A stretch of 64,000 nucleotides of DNA, taken from contig CBDHDG010000007.1 in assembly GCA_965261595.1 (NCBI GenBank), forward strand, positions 192,001-256,000, read 5' to 3'. The position numbers and the translations under genes were made by a program. Shown in pieces: positions 21,145 to 29,494 of the stretch. The number at the start of each line of letters is the position of its first letter. The first letter of the stretch is position 1. The DNA is from a bacterium. GTDB taxonomy: Bacteria > UBA8248 > JACPRG01 > G963555815. The notes under the pieces were generated by a model. It searched no databases and was not told where the DNA came from. It saw only the letters and a list, made by a program, of their open reading frames with translations.

Positions 21145-22221
21145 TCAATGGGGCTTCGATCGGGGATTCCCACCCATCAGGTTGAACTGCTCCAACAGCC
21201 GACGCTGCTTTCGGGTCAACCGGGTGGGTGTTTCCACATGAACCCGGATGATCTGATCCCCCCTGGCGCCGGGGCTCGTTCCGGGCAGACCCTTGCCTTG
21301 AAGGCGGAACGTGCTTCCGGACTGGGTCCCCGCCGGAATTTTCAGGGGGATCGAACCGGCAAGCGTGGGGACGTCGATCTCCGCGCCCAGGGCCGCGTCT
21401 GAGATGCTCACGGTCACCGAGGAATGGATGTCCGAACCCTCGCGCCGGAATGTCTCATGGGGAATCACCCCGATGGTCAAAAGGAGGTCCTCCGGCCTTC
21501 CGCCCCGAATCCCCGCATGCCCTTCCCGATTCACCTTGAGCTTCATCCCGTCCTCGGCGCCGGCGGGGATCCGGATGTTCAGCACCCTTTCCTTTTGAAT
21601 CCTTCCGGTTCCGCCGCACCCCCCACAGGCATCCACGATGATTTCGCCCGTCCCGCCGCAAGGACGACACGGGGTCTTTATGACGAGCAAACCGTGTTGC
21701 CACTGAGCATATCCCGATCCGCCGCAGACCACGCAGGCCTGCGGCCGGCTCCGGGCGCCGGTCCCTTTTCCCCGGCATGGATCGCAAGCCTCCAGCCGGC
21801 CGACCTGGATCGGGAGCGTGGTCCCCACAGCCACTTCTTCGAGCGTAATGGTCAGGTGATACTTCAGATCCCTCCCGATTTCGGCATGCGGATCGGATTC
21901 CGGCGGCTTCCCTTGCATGAGGTCGGAGAAAAGGTCCTTGAAAACGCCTGACAGCTCGCCGCCGGGTCCGAACGGCGAGGGGCCGGCGGTATGCGTCGGA
22001 GACGGCCGGAAACCCCGGCGGTCGAAGTCATCCCGTTTCCTCGGGTTCCGGAGAATCTCGTAGGCGCCGCTGATCATTTTAAACTTTTCCGCCGAGTGCC
22101 GGTCTCCGGGATTGCGATCCGGATGACACTCCATGGCCAGGCGGCGGTAGGCCCGCTTGATTTCTTCCTCGTCCGCGGTGGGAAGGATTCCCAGGACCTG
22201 ATAAGGGTTGTCGGAAGCCAT
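21145..22221 (-). CDS. dnaJ: Chaperone DnaJ
   Basis: J domain with HPD, four CxxCxGxG repeats and C-terminal domain. Confidence 0.95.
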   Translation of the reverse strand: MASDNPYQVLGILPTADEEEIKRAYRRLAMECHPDRNPGDRHSAEKFKMISGAYEILRNPRKRDDFDRRGFRPSPTHTAGPSPFGPGGELSGVFKDLFSDLMQGKPPESDPHAEIGRDLKYHLTITLEEVAVGTTLPIQVGRLEACDPCRGKGTGARSRPQACVVCGGSGYAQWQHGLLVIKTPCRPCGGTGEIIVDACGGCGGTGRIQKERVLNIRIPAGAEDGMKLKVNREGHAGIRGGRPEDLLLTIGVIPHETFRREGSDIHSSVTVSISDAALGAEIDVPTLAGSIPLKIPAGTQSGSTFRLQGKGLPGTSPGARGDQIIRVHVETPTRLTRKQRRLLEQFNLMGGNPRSKPH

Positions 22222-22251
22222 GTGAGGGGGTGACCGCAACCACCGGTCTTT

Positions 22252-22866
22252 TTAATCTTCTTCCTCGGGGAGGGCCTTCGCCACGACCACCCGGCTCGGC
22301 CGGATCACCCGGTCTCCGATGGCGTAACCCTTTTGAATTTCCTCGATCACCGTGTCCGGAGGATGGTCTTCCGTCTCGACCGTCATGACGGCCTCATGAA
22401 GCTTGGGATCGAACGGCTGAGCCAGGGCTTCGAGCCGCTGAAGATCATGGCGGCCGAGACTCTCCACCAGGGACTTCAGGACCAGATCGATGCCTTCCTT
22501 CAGAGCGGGACCGTTTTCATTTTCCATCGCGATGGATTCTCCGGCACGCTCCAGACCATCAATCACCGGCAACAGGTCCTTGATCACATGCTCGTTTGCG
22601 CGTTCCCGGATTTGCCGCTGCTCACGAGCGGTCCGCTTTCGGAAATTGTCGAATTCAGCGCGAAGTCGCAAGTGCTGATCCCGGGCTTCCTGGAGATCCC
22701 GCTTCAGCTCCTCGATGGGCGTCGTCTCCCGCGGCGGGGGAGCCTCGGCATCGGGTTCAAGCGCCGGTGCTTCTTCGTCGCCCGGAGTCGCGGGCGAATC
22801 TCCATCATCTGATTTTTCAATGGAGACGGGGACTTCCCGTCCATCATCCTCGTGATCCTGGCTCAC
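22252..22866 (-). CDS. grpE: Nucleotide exchange factor GrpE
   Basis: AEFDNFRKR, FDPKLHEA and GY...RVIRP motifs. Confidence 0.96.
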   Translation of the reverse strand: MSQDHEDDGREVPVSIEKSDDGDSPATPGDEEAPALEPDAEAPPPRETTPIEELKRDLQEARDQHLRLRAEFDNFRKRTAREQRQIRERANEHVIKDLLPVIDGLERAGESIAMENENGPALKEGIDLVLKSLVESLGRHDLQRLEALAQPFDPKLHEAVMTVETEDHPPDTVIEEIQKGYAIGDRVIRPSRVVVAKALPEEED

Positions 22867-23048
22867 GGCCTTCCTTTCGAATTCTTGGTCATCCCGGGCT
22901 TTTTCAATTCACAAACCCGCCCGCCATTCGGCGCGATTTCGAGGCCGTCAAGCCGGAGCCGATTCGCATTCGGTTCATTGCAACCCAAGCCCTTTGGCTT
23001 GATCAGCCGCCGGGGATCGACGACCGACTGAAACAGGAAGGGATGTTG

Positions 23049-24113
23049 CTATGAACTGGATTCCGCCGCGATAAACCGACTGAGCGTAGAAGCCGTCATG
23101 TCCACCAGGGCCATGATGCGCGGGTATCGCATCCGTTTCGGGCCGATGATCGCCAGGGTCCCCAAATTTCTTGAGCCGTCGCTGTAGGTCTTCATGACGA
23201 ACGCGCAATCGTTCATGGCCTCGACTTCGGTCTCCGGCCCGATGCTGACGGAAATCCCCTCCGCCTCCACGAACCGGTCCAGGATCTCAACGAGCTTTTC
23301 CTTCTCCTGGAAGGCTTCGAACAGCATGCGCATTTTCTCGACGTCCGTCTGGAACTCCGGCTGATCGAAGATGTGGTGGGTTCCCCAAATGTAGAATTCG
23401 TCGGTTTCTTCAGGTGATTCCAGAAACGCCTTTTTGCTCAATTTCAGCGATTCACGGTACAGGATATCGAACTCTTTTTTGTGTTCGAGCATCTGAAGAG
23501 AGATCCGCCGGCGAACCTCCTGGAGTGTCAGGTCTTTATACTCTTCGTTCAAATACCGGCTCATCCTATCGAGGAACTCCTGGGAGAGGTCTTCCTCCAT
23601 CTCGATGGACCGGTTTTGGGTCCTCCCATTCTTGGTCACCACGATCACGTGCGCGAGATTCGGCCGGAGCCGGACAAGGCGGATCTGGCTCAAGACCGTC
23701 CTGGAGAGATTTGGAATCAGGACCAGGCTGGCTTGTTGCGTCAACGAAGAGAGCAGCTTGGAGGTCTGCTCCAGTAAACCCTCCAACCCCGAAGACCGCG
23801 TTTCGCCATAACCGATTCGGATCCTTTCCACCTCCATCTCGGAGAGGGCGGGCAATTTTTTGACCTGATTCACATAGAACCGGTATGCCTTGTCGGTGGG
23901 GACGCGTCCGGCGGAGGTGTGGGGTTGACACAGAAATCCCAATTCCGTGAGTTCGGCGAGCTCGTTCCGGATGGTCGCCGAGCTCAGGTTTCTGACATAC
24001 TTTTTAGCGAGCGTCTTGGAGCCGATCGGCTCATTCGTCTCGACGAAGCTGGAGAGCACCCCTTGCAGGATGTCCTGCTGACGAACCGTCAGGTTTGTCG
24101 CGCCGGATAACAT
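23049..24113 (-). CDS. hrcA: Heat-inducible repressor HrcA
   Basis: PIGSK.L, SSATIRNE, QPHTSAGRVPT and IGPKRM.Y motifs. Confidence 0.96.
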   Translation of the reverse strand: MLSGATNLTVRQQDILQGVLSSFVETNEPIGSKTLAKKYVRNLSSATIRNELAELTELGFLCQPHTSAGRVPTDKAYRFYVNQVKKLPALSEMEVERIRIGYGETRSSGLEGLLEQTSKLLSSLTQQASLVLIPNLSRTVLSQIRLVRLRPNLAHVIVVTKNGRTQNRSIEMEEDLSQEFLDRMSRYLNEEYKDLTLQEVRRRISLQMLEHKKEFDILYRESLKLSKKAFLESPEETDEFYIWGTHHIFDQPEFQTDVEKMRMLFEAFQEKEKLVEILDRFVEAEGISVSIGPETEVEAMNDCAFVMKTYSDGSRNLGTLAIIGPKRMRYPRIMALVDMTASTLSRFIAAESSS

Positions 24114-24182
24114 TGCGGACCTTGCTCCCGAGAATACTCTCGCCTGGGGAGCGACCACGCTAAAATTGAGCCGCTATCCCAA

Positions 24183-24211
24183 AAACTAGCAACCCCGCCC
24201 AAACTTGTCAA
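24183..24211 (-). promoter_or_regulatory. Putative sigma70 promoter of the hrcA operon
   Basis: TTGACA-17 bp-TAGTTT. Confidence 0.6.
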
Positions 24212-24400
24212 TCGGAAACCCGCACCGCTTGACAGCCCTTGACCGACCTGAGAGACTTCCGGTGGCAGTTTTACACCTTACATTTCCGATGGTTCTGAAG
24301 GATTAATCCGTGATTATGCCTTTGACGCAGTAAGACACAAGATATAGGTGCGATTTTGAGACACTACATGTTGTGGTTATCCAACAGGAGGGGGTCACTT

Positions 24401-24616
24401 TTAGGGACCCGTGGAACCACATATCCTCCCATTGATGATGGCTGGTGGCCCGACGTAAGAGCCCCGAATTTCGAGTGGGATGCGTTTCTTCGGCGGTTTC
24501 TTATTCCTTATCCCCATCAAGTAGAAACCCGCATAGAAGAGAAGATCAATAACCCTAGAGGCTGCTTCGGAGATGAACCATCCAAAAACGTCAAATCCTT
24601 CATATCTAAATTCCAT
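24401..24616 (-). CDS. E1 cargo gene 3, small hypothetical protein
   Basis: 71 aa with a hydrophobic N-terminal half; GGAGAG RBS; preceded by the same leader module as cargo gene 2. Confidence 0.5.
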   Translation of the reverse strand: MEFRYEGFDVFGWFISEAASRVIDLLFYAGFYLMGIRNKKPPKKRIPLEIRGSYVGPPAIINGRICGSTGP

Positions 24617-24685
24617 TGCCTGGGCTCTCCAAGCTGCGGGTTAATGGAACGCCACGGCTGGGGCCGTATACCCCAGCCGTGGCAC

Positions 24686-24973
24686 TTATTCACACGCGAT
24701 GTCCTGTTGCGCCGATGCAATCCTCACTTCAAATTCACCGGCAAACCTGAATATCACCTTCTCAAGTTTGGGACTATTGAGATACCTATGTTGGGGCGGG
24801 TGTTTCCTGACAAAAAATACACGCCTCCGCTTTTTGTTGAATCTTCCTCCAAGTCTCTCTACGGCCAAGTAGTCTCTGTCCTGAAGAACCTGCACCAGCA
24901 GTTTAAGTTTTCTCGGGGAGACATAGGCGGGTCGGCTAAAAGCCTTTTCCTTAAGAAAGCATTTTGCTTCCAT
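24686..24973 (-). CDS. E1 cargo gene 2, hypothetical protein (paralog of cargo gene 1)
   Basis: AAGGAGG RBS; aligns along its length with the mature part of 25067-25417. Confidence 0.75.
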   Translation of the reverse strand: MEAKCFLKEKAFSRPAYVSPRKLKLLVQVLQDRDYLAVERLGGRFNKKRRRVFFVRKHPPQHRYLNSPKLEKVIFRFAGEFEVRIASAQQDIACE

Positions 24974-25066
24974 TGCCCCAGTCCTCCTTCAAGGTTGGGT
25001 GGTGATGGAACCGCAGCGCCAGGGGCGGGATCCCCTGGCGCTGCACTTGTAAATCTTATTTTCCAC

Positions 25067-25417
25067 CTATTTGCACGAGATGAACTCGCACAACGTCTCA
25101 AAAACCTTGAATTCCCCTTCAAAACGGAAAGTCGTAGAGCCAGGGATGCTCTTCAGGTATTGGAATCCTTTTGGATGCTCACTCACCATGAAAATACGCC
25201 ATTTCTCCTTTGCGTTTCGGTATCCAAGTTTATACAAAGCTACCAAATCGCGATCGTCCAACATGCGAAGTATGAGTTTTCTTCGTTCCAAATCCACATA
25301 AGCGGGGCTGTACACCGCACCTTTTCCGATAAAACAGGCCTTGTTGGATTCTCCAGCCATGACGGCGGAAGATGCGATGAGGGCAGTTGTAAGTATGCAA
25401 CCGCCGATAGTACGCAT
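25067..25417 (-). CDS. E1 cargo gene 1, putative exported hypothetical protein
   Basis: ATG 25417 gives a signal-peptide-like MRTIGGCILTTALIASSAVMA; paralogous to cargo gene 2. Confidence 0.75.
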   Translation of the reverse strand: MRTIGGCILTTALIASSAVMAGESNKACFIGKGAVYSPAYVDLERRKLILRMLDDRDLVALYKLGYRNAKEKWRIFMVSEHPKGFQYLKSIPGSTTFRFEGEFKVFETLCEFISCK

Positions 25418-25687
25418 GGGCAGACCCCCAGAAAATCGAGGTTGACACGGGCTTGGGGATTTGCTACAAGGAGGGTCTGTGAGGTCCTCTCTTGTAGCAA
25501 CGCCCCGGGGTTCCCTCGGGGCTTCCACCCTTTGAAGTTCCATATACCACATGTAGTGGGTCGGATTCAATTTTCGAGGGACCACCATATCTTGTGTCTT
25601 ACTGCGTCAAGGGCATAATCACGGATTAATCTGCAAGATTCAAGCCTATTTCACCCCATGCGCGCAAATATCCGACGGAACCGAAAA

Positions 25688-26431
25688 ATGACGCGGAATT
25701 TGTTGTTGGATATCTATGAGCGCCTGCTTCACCACTTCGGGCCGCGCGGATGGTGGCCGGGAGAGACTCCCTTTGAGGTCTGCATCGGGGCCGTTCTGGT
25801 CCAGAACACCTCGTGGACGAACGCCTCCCGGGCCATCGCCAACCTCAAGGCGCGAAAGCTACTCTCCCCGGAGGGATTGCGGCGAATCCCGAAATCCCGG
25901 CTGGCGCACCTCATTCGCCCCGCCAGGTTTTTTAACCTCAAGGCAGACCGCCTCAAGGCGTTCGTCCGATTCCTCTGGGTCGAACACCAAGGAAATTTGA
26001 ATCTGTTGTTCGACATCCCGGCGGAGAAACTCCGGAAAAACCTGCTGGAGCTGAAGGGGATCGGCCCCGAGACGGCCGATTCCATCCTGCTTTATGCGGC
26101 GGAATTTCCGGTCTTTGTCGTTGATGCCTACACCCACCGAATCTTTTCACGCCTCGGCCTCTACCAAGGCCCATCATCGGGCCGAAAGGGGTATGAAGCG
26201 CTTCAAGAGGGGTTTCACCGATTCCTCTCGCGCGACGCTCCTCTCTACAACGAGTACCACGCCCTTCTGGTCGAGCTTGGAAAAGAATATTGCCGTCCAA
26301 GACCCAAATGCGAATCCTGTCCGCTGTCCTCTATCTGCGCCTACCCGAGCGCCGCTCCGGAAGCATCGGTTCCAGCGGGTGTCAAAGGGAGCATCACAGC
26401 CAAATGCGAGGCAAAGGCAGAGAAGATTTGA
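25688..26431 (+). CDS. HhH-GPD endonuclease III-like DNA glycosylase
   Basis: WWPGETPFEV, QNTSW, GIGPETADSILLY, VVDAY and C-terminal C-X6-C-X2-C-X5-C FeS motif. Confidence 0.9.
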   Translation: MTRNLLLDIYERLLHHFGPRGWWPGETPFEVCIGAVLVQNTSWTNASRAIANLKARKLLSPEGLRRIPKSRLAHLIRPARFFNLKADRLKAFVRFLWVEHQGNLNLLFDIPAEKLRKNLLELKGIGPETADSILLYAAEFPVFVVDAYTHRIFSRLGLYQGPSSGRKGYEALQEGFHRFLSRDAPLYNEYHALLVELGKEYCRPRPKCESCPLSSICAYPSAAPEASVPAGVKGSITAKCEAKAEKI

Positions 26432-26448
26432 GATTTCCCGCGGGCGAG

Positions 26449-26955
26449 ATGCGCTTTGTGGCGGACATCACCGTAGGAAAGACCGCCAAGTGGCTCCGGA
26501 TCTTGGGATTCGACGCACTCTTCATGCGCAGTCTGGATATGGAATTTCTGGCCGCCCGCCTCGCGGAGGGACGCATCCTCGTCACGCGGGACAGCCGCCT
26601 CGCCAACAGGCCCGGCATGTCGAATACGATCCTCCTGGAGGCGAACGACCCCGCCGGACAGGTTGCGGATATCTTTGTCCGCCTGGGGCTGGCGAAGACG
26701 GTCATGGAAGCGGTTGGGCGGATGGAGTCCAAAGAGGAGGTGACCCGGTGGCCGAAACCCCTGTCCCGATGTATTCGATGCAACGCGCCCCTGAAGGAGG
26801 TTCCCCGGTCGGATGTCGTACTGGAAGTGCCTGATTTCACATGGGCGACCCAACCACGATTTCACCGGTGCCCCCTCTGCCGCCGCGTCTATTGGCCGGG
26901 AACACACCGCGAGAGGATCCTTTCAGCAATCGATGCCCTGAATCTGGGAAACTAA
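26449..26955 (+). CDS. Mut7-C RNase domain protein (PIN-like with Zn ribbon)
   Basis: MRFVAD..GK.AKWLRILGFD, RILVTRD, RC..CN and C..C.RVYW.GTH. Confidence 0.88.
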   Translation: MRFVADITVGKTAKWLRILGFDALFMRSLDMEFLAARLAEGRILVTRDSRLANRPGMSNTILLEANDPAGQVADIFVRLGLAKTVMEAVGRMESKEEVTRWPKPLSRCIRCNAPLKEVPRSDVVLEVPDFTWATQPRFHRCPLCRRVYWPGTHRERILSAIDALNLGN

Positions 26956-27329
26956 GCAGACTTTCCGCACTGGCCCCCGGTTTCCGAATGCGGATATGCG
27001 GGCCGTTTGACGCTTATCCTCCGCCGTTTTCCCAAAATCGGACTCGCCTCCCCCCTCCGGCCCCCCATTTACAACGAATGACAGGTGAAAATACGGGTTG
27101 GATTTGAACCCCGACCTCCCAGTCATTCGAACCTTGCCCGCTCTTGGGGCAAACCTGCTCTCAGTCTTGGAGCTTTTGGGACAAATATGAGACGATTTTC
27201 GTCGAAATTGTAAAGAACGTTATCTGAGCTGAATTGGCCTCCATTGACGAATTCTATTGATCCGCTAATAATCGGTTTAAATTCAAATGGTTGTGGAAAT
27301 CTGAAAAATAATAAATTTTTTGAACCTTT

Positions 27330-27345
27330 TGGTACAATATTTGCT
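27330..27345 (+). promoter_or_regulatory. Putative sigma54 (-24/-12) promoter
   Basis: TGGTACAATATTTGCT (GG-N10-GC) in an AT-rich region upstream of ORF 27404. Confidence 0.6.
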
Positions 27346-27403
27346 CTAATCCTATAACAACGCGAAATTCAAATCTCCCAAATTTCTTCTGGAGGGAAGA
27401 TTC

Positions 27404-27637
27404 ATGTTGGCTACGGAGCAGAAAACGGAGCAGAAAACGGAAATCACCGCTGTCACGCTGGCGGACGCGGGAAAGGCATTCAGAGAAGAGGCGGAAGAGA
27501 TCGCCGAATCGCCCCAGGAAGCTGAAATCCTGGCAACCGCCGCGCTCCTGAACTATCTGGCCACCGAAAGACCCAAACTGCTTGAGCGGCCGCTGGAAAA
27601 TATCCGAAAGGGCGCCATCGTTTCAAGCCTTTCTTAA
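27404..27637 (+). CDS. Small hypothetical protein
   Basis: 77 aa; GGAGGG RBS; 12-bp tandem repeat encoding TEQK-TEQK. Confidence 0.6.
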   Translation: MLATEQKTEQKTEITAVTLADAGKAFREEAEEIAESPQEAEILATAALLNYLATERPKLLERPLENIRKGAIVSSLS

Positions 27638-27748
27638 GATTTCTCAGATCGGAATCCAAGACCACCGGCGTCTCCACCCGGGCGAATTTCCCTCCCTCCC
27701 TCTCGCCCGCTGGAGACGCCGGAAATAATTATCCCTTTCCATTTCAAT

Positions 27749-28656
27749 CGTATTTATATACTTGACACAGACGACCACAACATGTAGGTCGCGCCCGCGT
27801 CTCGGCTGACCACAAGATGTAGGGGCATGCTTCCATCGATCCGTTTCCAGAAGATGCGCTCTATCAGATCGTTCGGTTTCATTGATCGATAAAATCCACG
27901 CGCTGAATATCGCCCTTTTCATTGAAGTGTAAAAACAACTTTTTGTTTATATGCAATGTGTTGTTGGTTTTTCCTTTTCTTCCGTACTTAAACTCAAATT
28001 CAAGACCGCCCTCAAAAACGCCGCTTCTCTTCTGCTCTATAGGATATGTAGTGATCGTCAAACCACCCCATCCCTCCTGCAGGGATGGTATAGCTATTCT
28101 TGGCATATGGCTCTTTTGTCGGGTACAACTTATCAAATGTTGAGACGACATTTACAACCTCAAATGTCACCGGGAAAAGAGCTTTGTTGTTAAACGTAGC
28201 ACCAATCCGCAGTGATTTTACTACACCAGCTTTGTCGATTATTCTGTCAGTTCTCACACTATGAAAGTTAAGCATATCCGCAACTCTATTACGATACCGC
28301 CATTCGCTGAATCGCAACAATCCCATAGAGGAAACTGAAAACAGAATGACCGCTCCAACATATAGGTTGAACAACTGGATATGTTGCGCAAAACCGATCA
28401 TGACGCCAGCCGCCGTGACCGCAATGGGCCATATCCAGCTCCGCAGTAATTCACCCGCCAAAAAGAGGGCGACTTTGCGAAGCCAATTGAGCATGATTCA
28501 GTCATTGTATGATCCCTCTTCGGTTGAGTCAAGCGCATAATTGCGAATCCAACTCCACCATGACTTGAGTTGAAGCATGCCCCTACATCTTGTGGTCAGC
28601 CGAGACGCGGGGACGATCTACATGTTGTGGTCGTCTGCGTCAAGTACATAATTCCG
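27749..28656. mobile_element. Element E2 copy a (908 bp): transposase-free cargo element
   Basis: 85-bp TIRs (27749-27833 and 28572-28656, 7 mismatches); 8-bp DR ATTTCAAT at 27741-27748 and 28657-28664; near-identical to 42873-43779. Confidence 0.9.
27879..28494 (-). pseudogene. E2a cargo gene, frameshifted copy of the 204-aa 2TM protein
   Basis: Extra A near 28044 (ATAGGATATG vs ATAGGTATG in copy b) splits the ORF. Confidence 0.8.
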
Positions 28657-28816
28657 ATTTCAATCCCAATCTCCCTCAACCCCCGGTATTTATCTCTGGA
28701 ATGCCCCGCACGCCTCTGCTACACTCTTTTTCTTGTTGGTCAGTGATCGACGGGCGCCGGGGTTTGCTCATGCCCCAATCTCCAGGCTCTGAAAACCCTC
28801 GGGGCGGCTTCAGCCA

Positions 28817-29494
28817 ATGGCCGGCATTTTGATCACCTTTGAGGGCATTGAAGGCTCGGGGAAAACAACCCAGGCGTCGCTGCTCGCCGATCGATTGCGG
28901 GAACAGGGACTTTCGGTTTTCCGCACCCGCGAGCCCGGGGGGACGCATTTGGGAGAGGGAATCCGGCGGCTCGTTCTCGATCCCGGACAGGAAGAGATTG
29001 ATCCCGTCGCCGAGTTGTTCCTCATGGAAGCCGCCCGCGCCCAACATGTGGCCGCGAAAATTCGCCCGGCGCTGGAAGCCGGAAAGGTGGTTCTGTGTGA
29101 CCGGTTCACCGATTCCACGCTGGTGTACCAGGGCCTCGCCCGAGGCCTGGAATGGAAGACGATCGAGGACGTGAACCTCCTGGCGGCGAAAGGCATTCGG
29201 CCACACACAACCATTGTCCTGGATCTGGACATCTCCGCCGGCCTGGCGCGGACGCGGACGCGGGCGGACGGTGCGGTTCAAGCCGATGGCTCTATTGATA
29301 CCGGCGAAACAAACCGATTCGATCTGGAAGACCGGAAATTTCACGAGATCATCCGGTCGGGGTTCCTGCGGTTGGCCAAAGAAGATCCCGGCCGGGTGAA
29401 AGTGGTCCGCGCCGCCGGTTCCGCGGAGGAAGTCCATGAAGAAGTCTGGAGGGCATTGGAGAAGACCCTCGAATCGGCGGCGCCATGCGGTTAG
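28817..29494 (+). CDS. tmk: Thymidylate kinase
   Basis: FEGIEGSGKTTQ, TREPGGT and CDRFTDST.VYQG. Confidence 0.97.
   Translation: MAGILITFEGIEGSGKTTQASLLADRLREQGLSVFRTREPGGTHLGEGIRRLVLDPGQEEIDPVAELFLMEAARAQHVAAKIRPALEAGKVVLCDRFTDSTLVYQGLARGLEWKTIEDVNLLAAKGIRPHTTIVLDLDISAGLARTRTRADGAVQADGSIDTGETNRFDLEDRKFHEIIRSGFLRLAKEDPGRVKVVRAAGSAEEVHEEVWRALEKTLESAAPCG

Larger units (their letters stand above)
24309..25623. mobile_element. Element E1: transposase-free cargo element with IS1595-like ends
   Basis: 37-bp TIRs (24309-24345 and 25587-25623, one mismatch) starting CGTGATTATG; flanked by 8-bp direct repeat GATTAATC (24301-24308, 25624-25631); AT-richer interior; no transposase ORF. Confidence 0.8.

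Noticed and set aside
24301..24330. XerCD dif/pdif site (TTAA-N7-TTATG)
   Set aside because: The XerD arm TTATGTTAAAT is absent, and the would-be spacers differ between E2 ends; 8-bp duplication plus TIR fits better
24611..25048. Integron attC sites
   Set aside because: No RYYYAAC...GTTRRRY boxes or extrahelical bases, and no intI in the window
27741..27833. CRISPR repeat: ATTTCAATC and GTCGCGCCC resemble type I-C repeat ends
   Set aside because: No regularly spaced repeat-spacer array and no cas genes; the motifs are explained as target duplication and TIR
27644..27922. Small ORFs crossing E2 ends (also 42849-43046, 28590-28832, 43693-44027)
   Set aside because: They run through TIRs into unrelated flanks, differ between copies and show no transposase motifs
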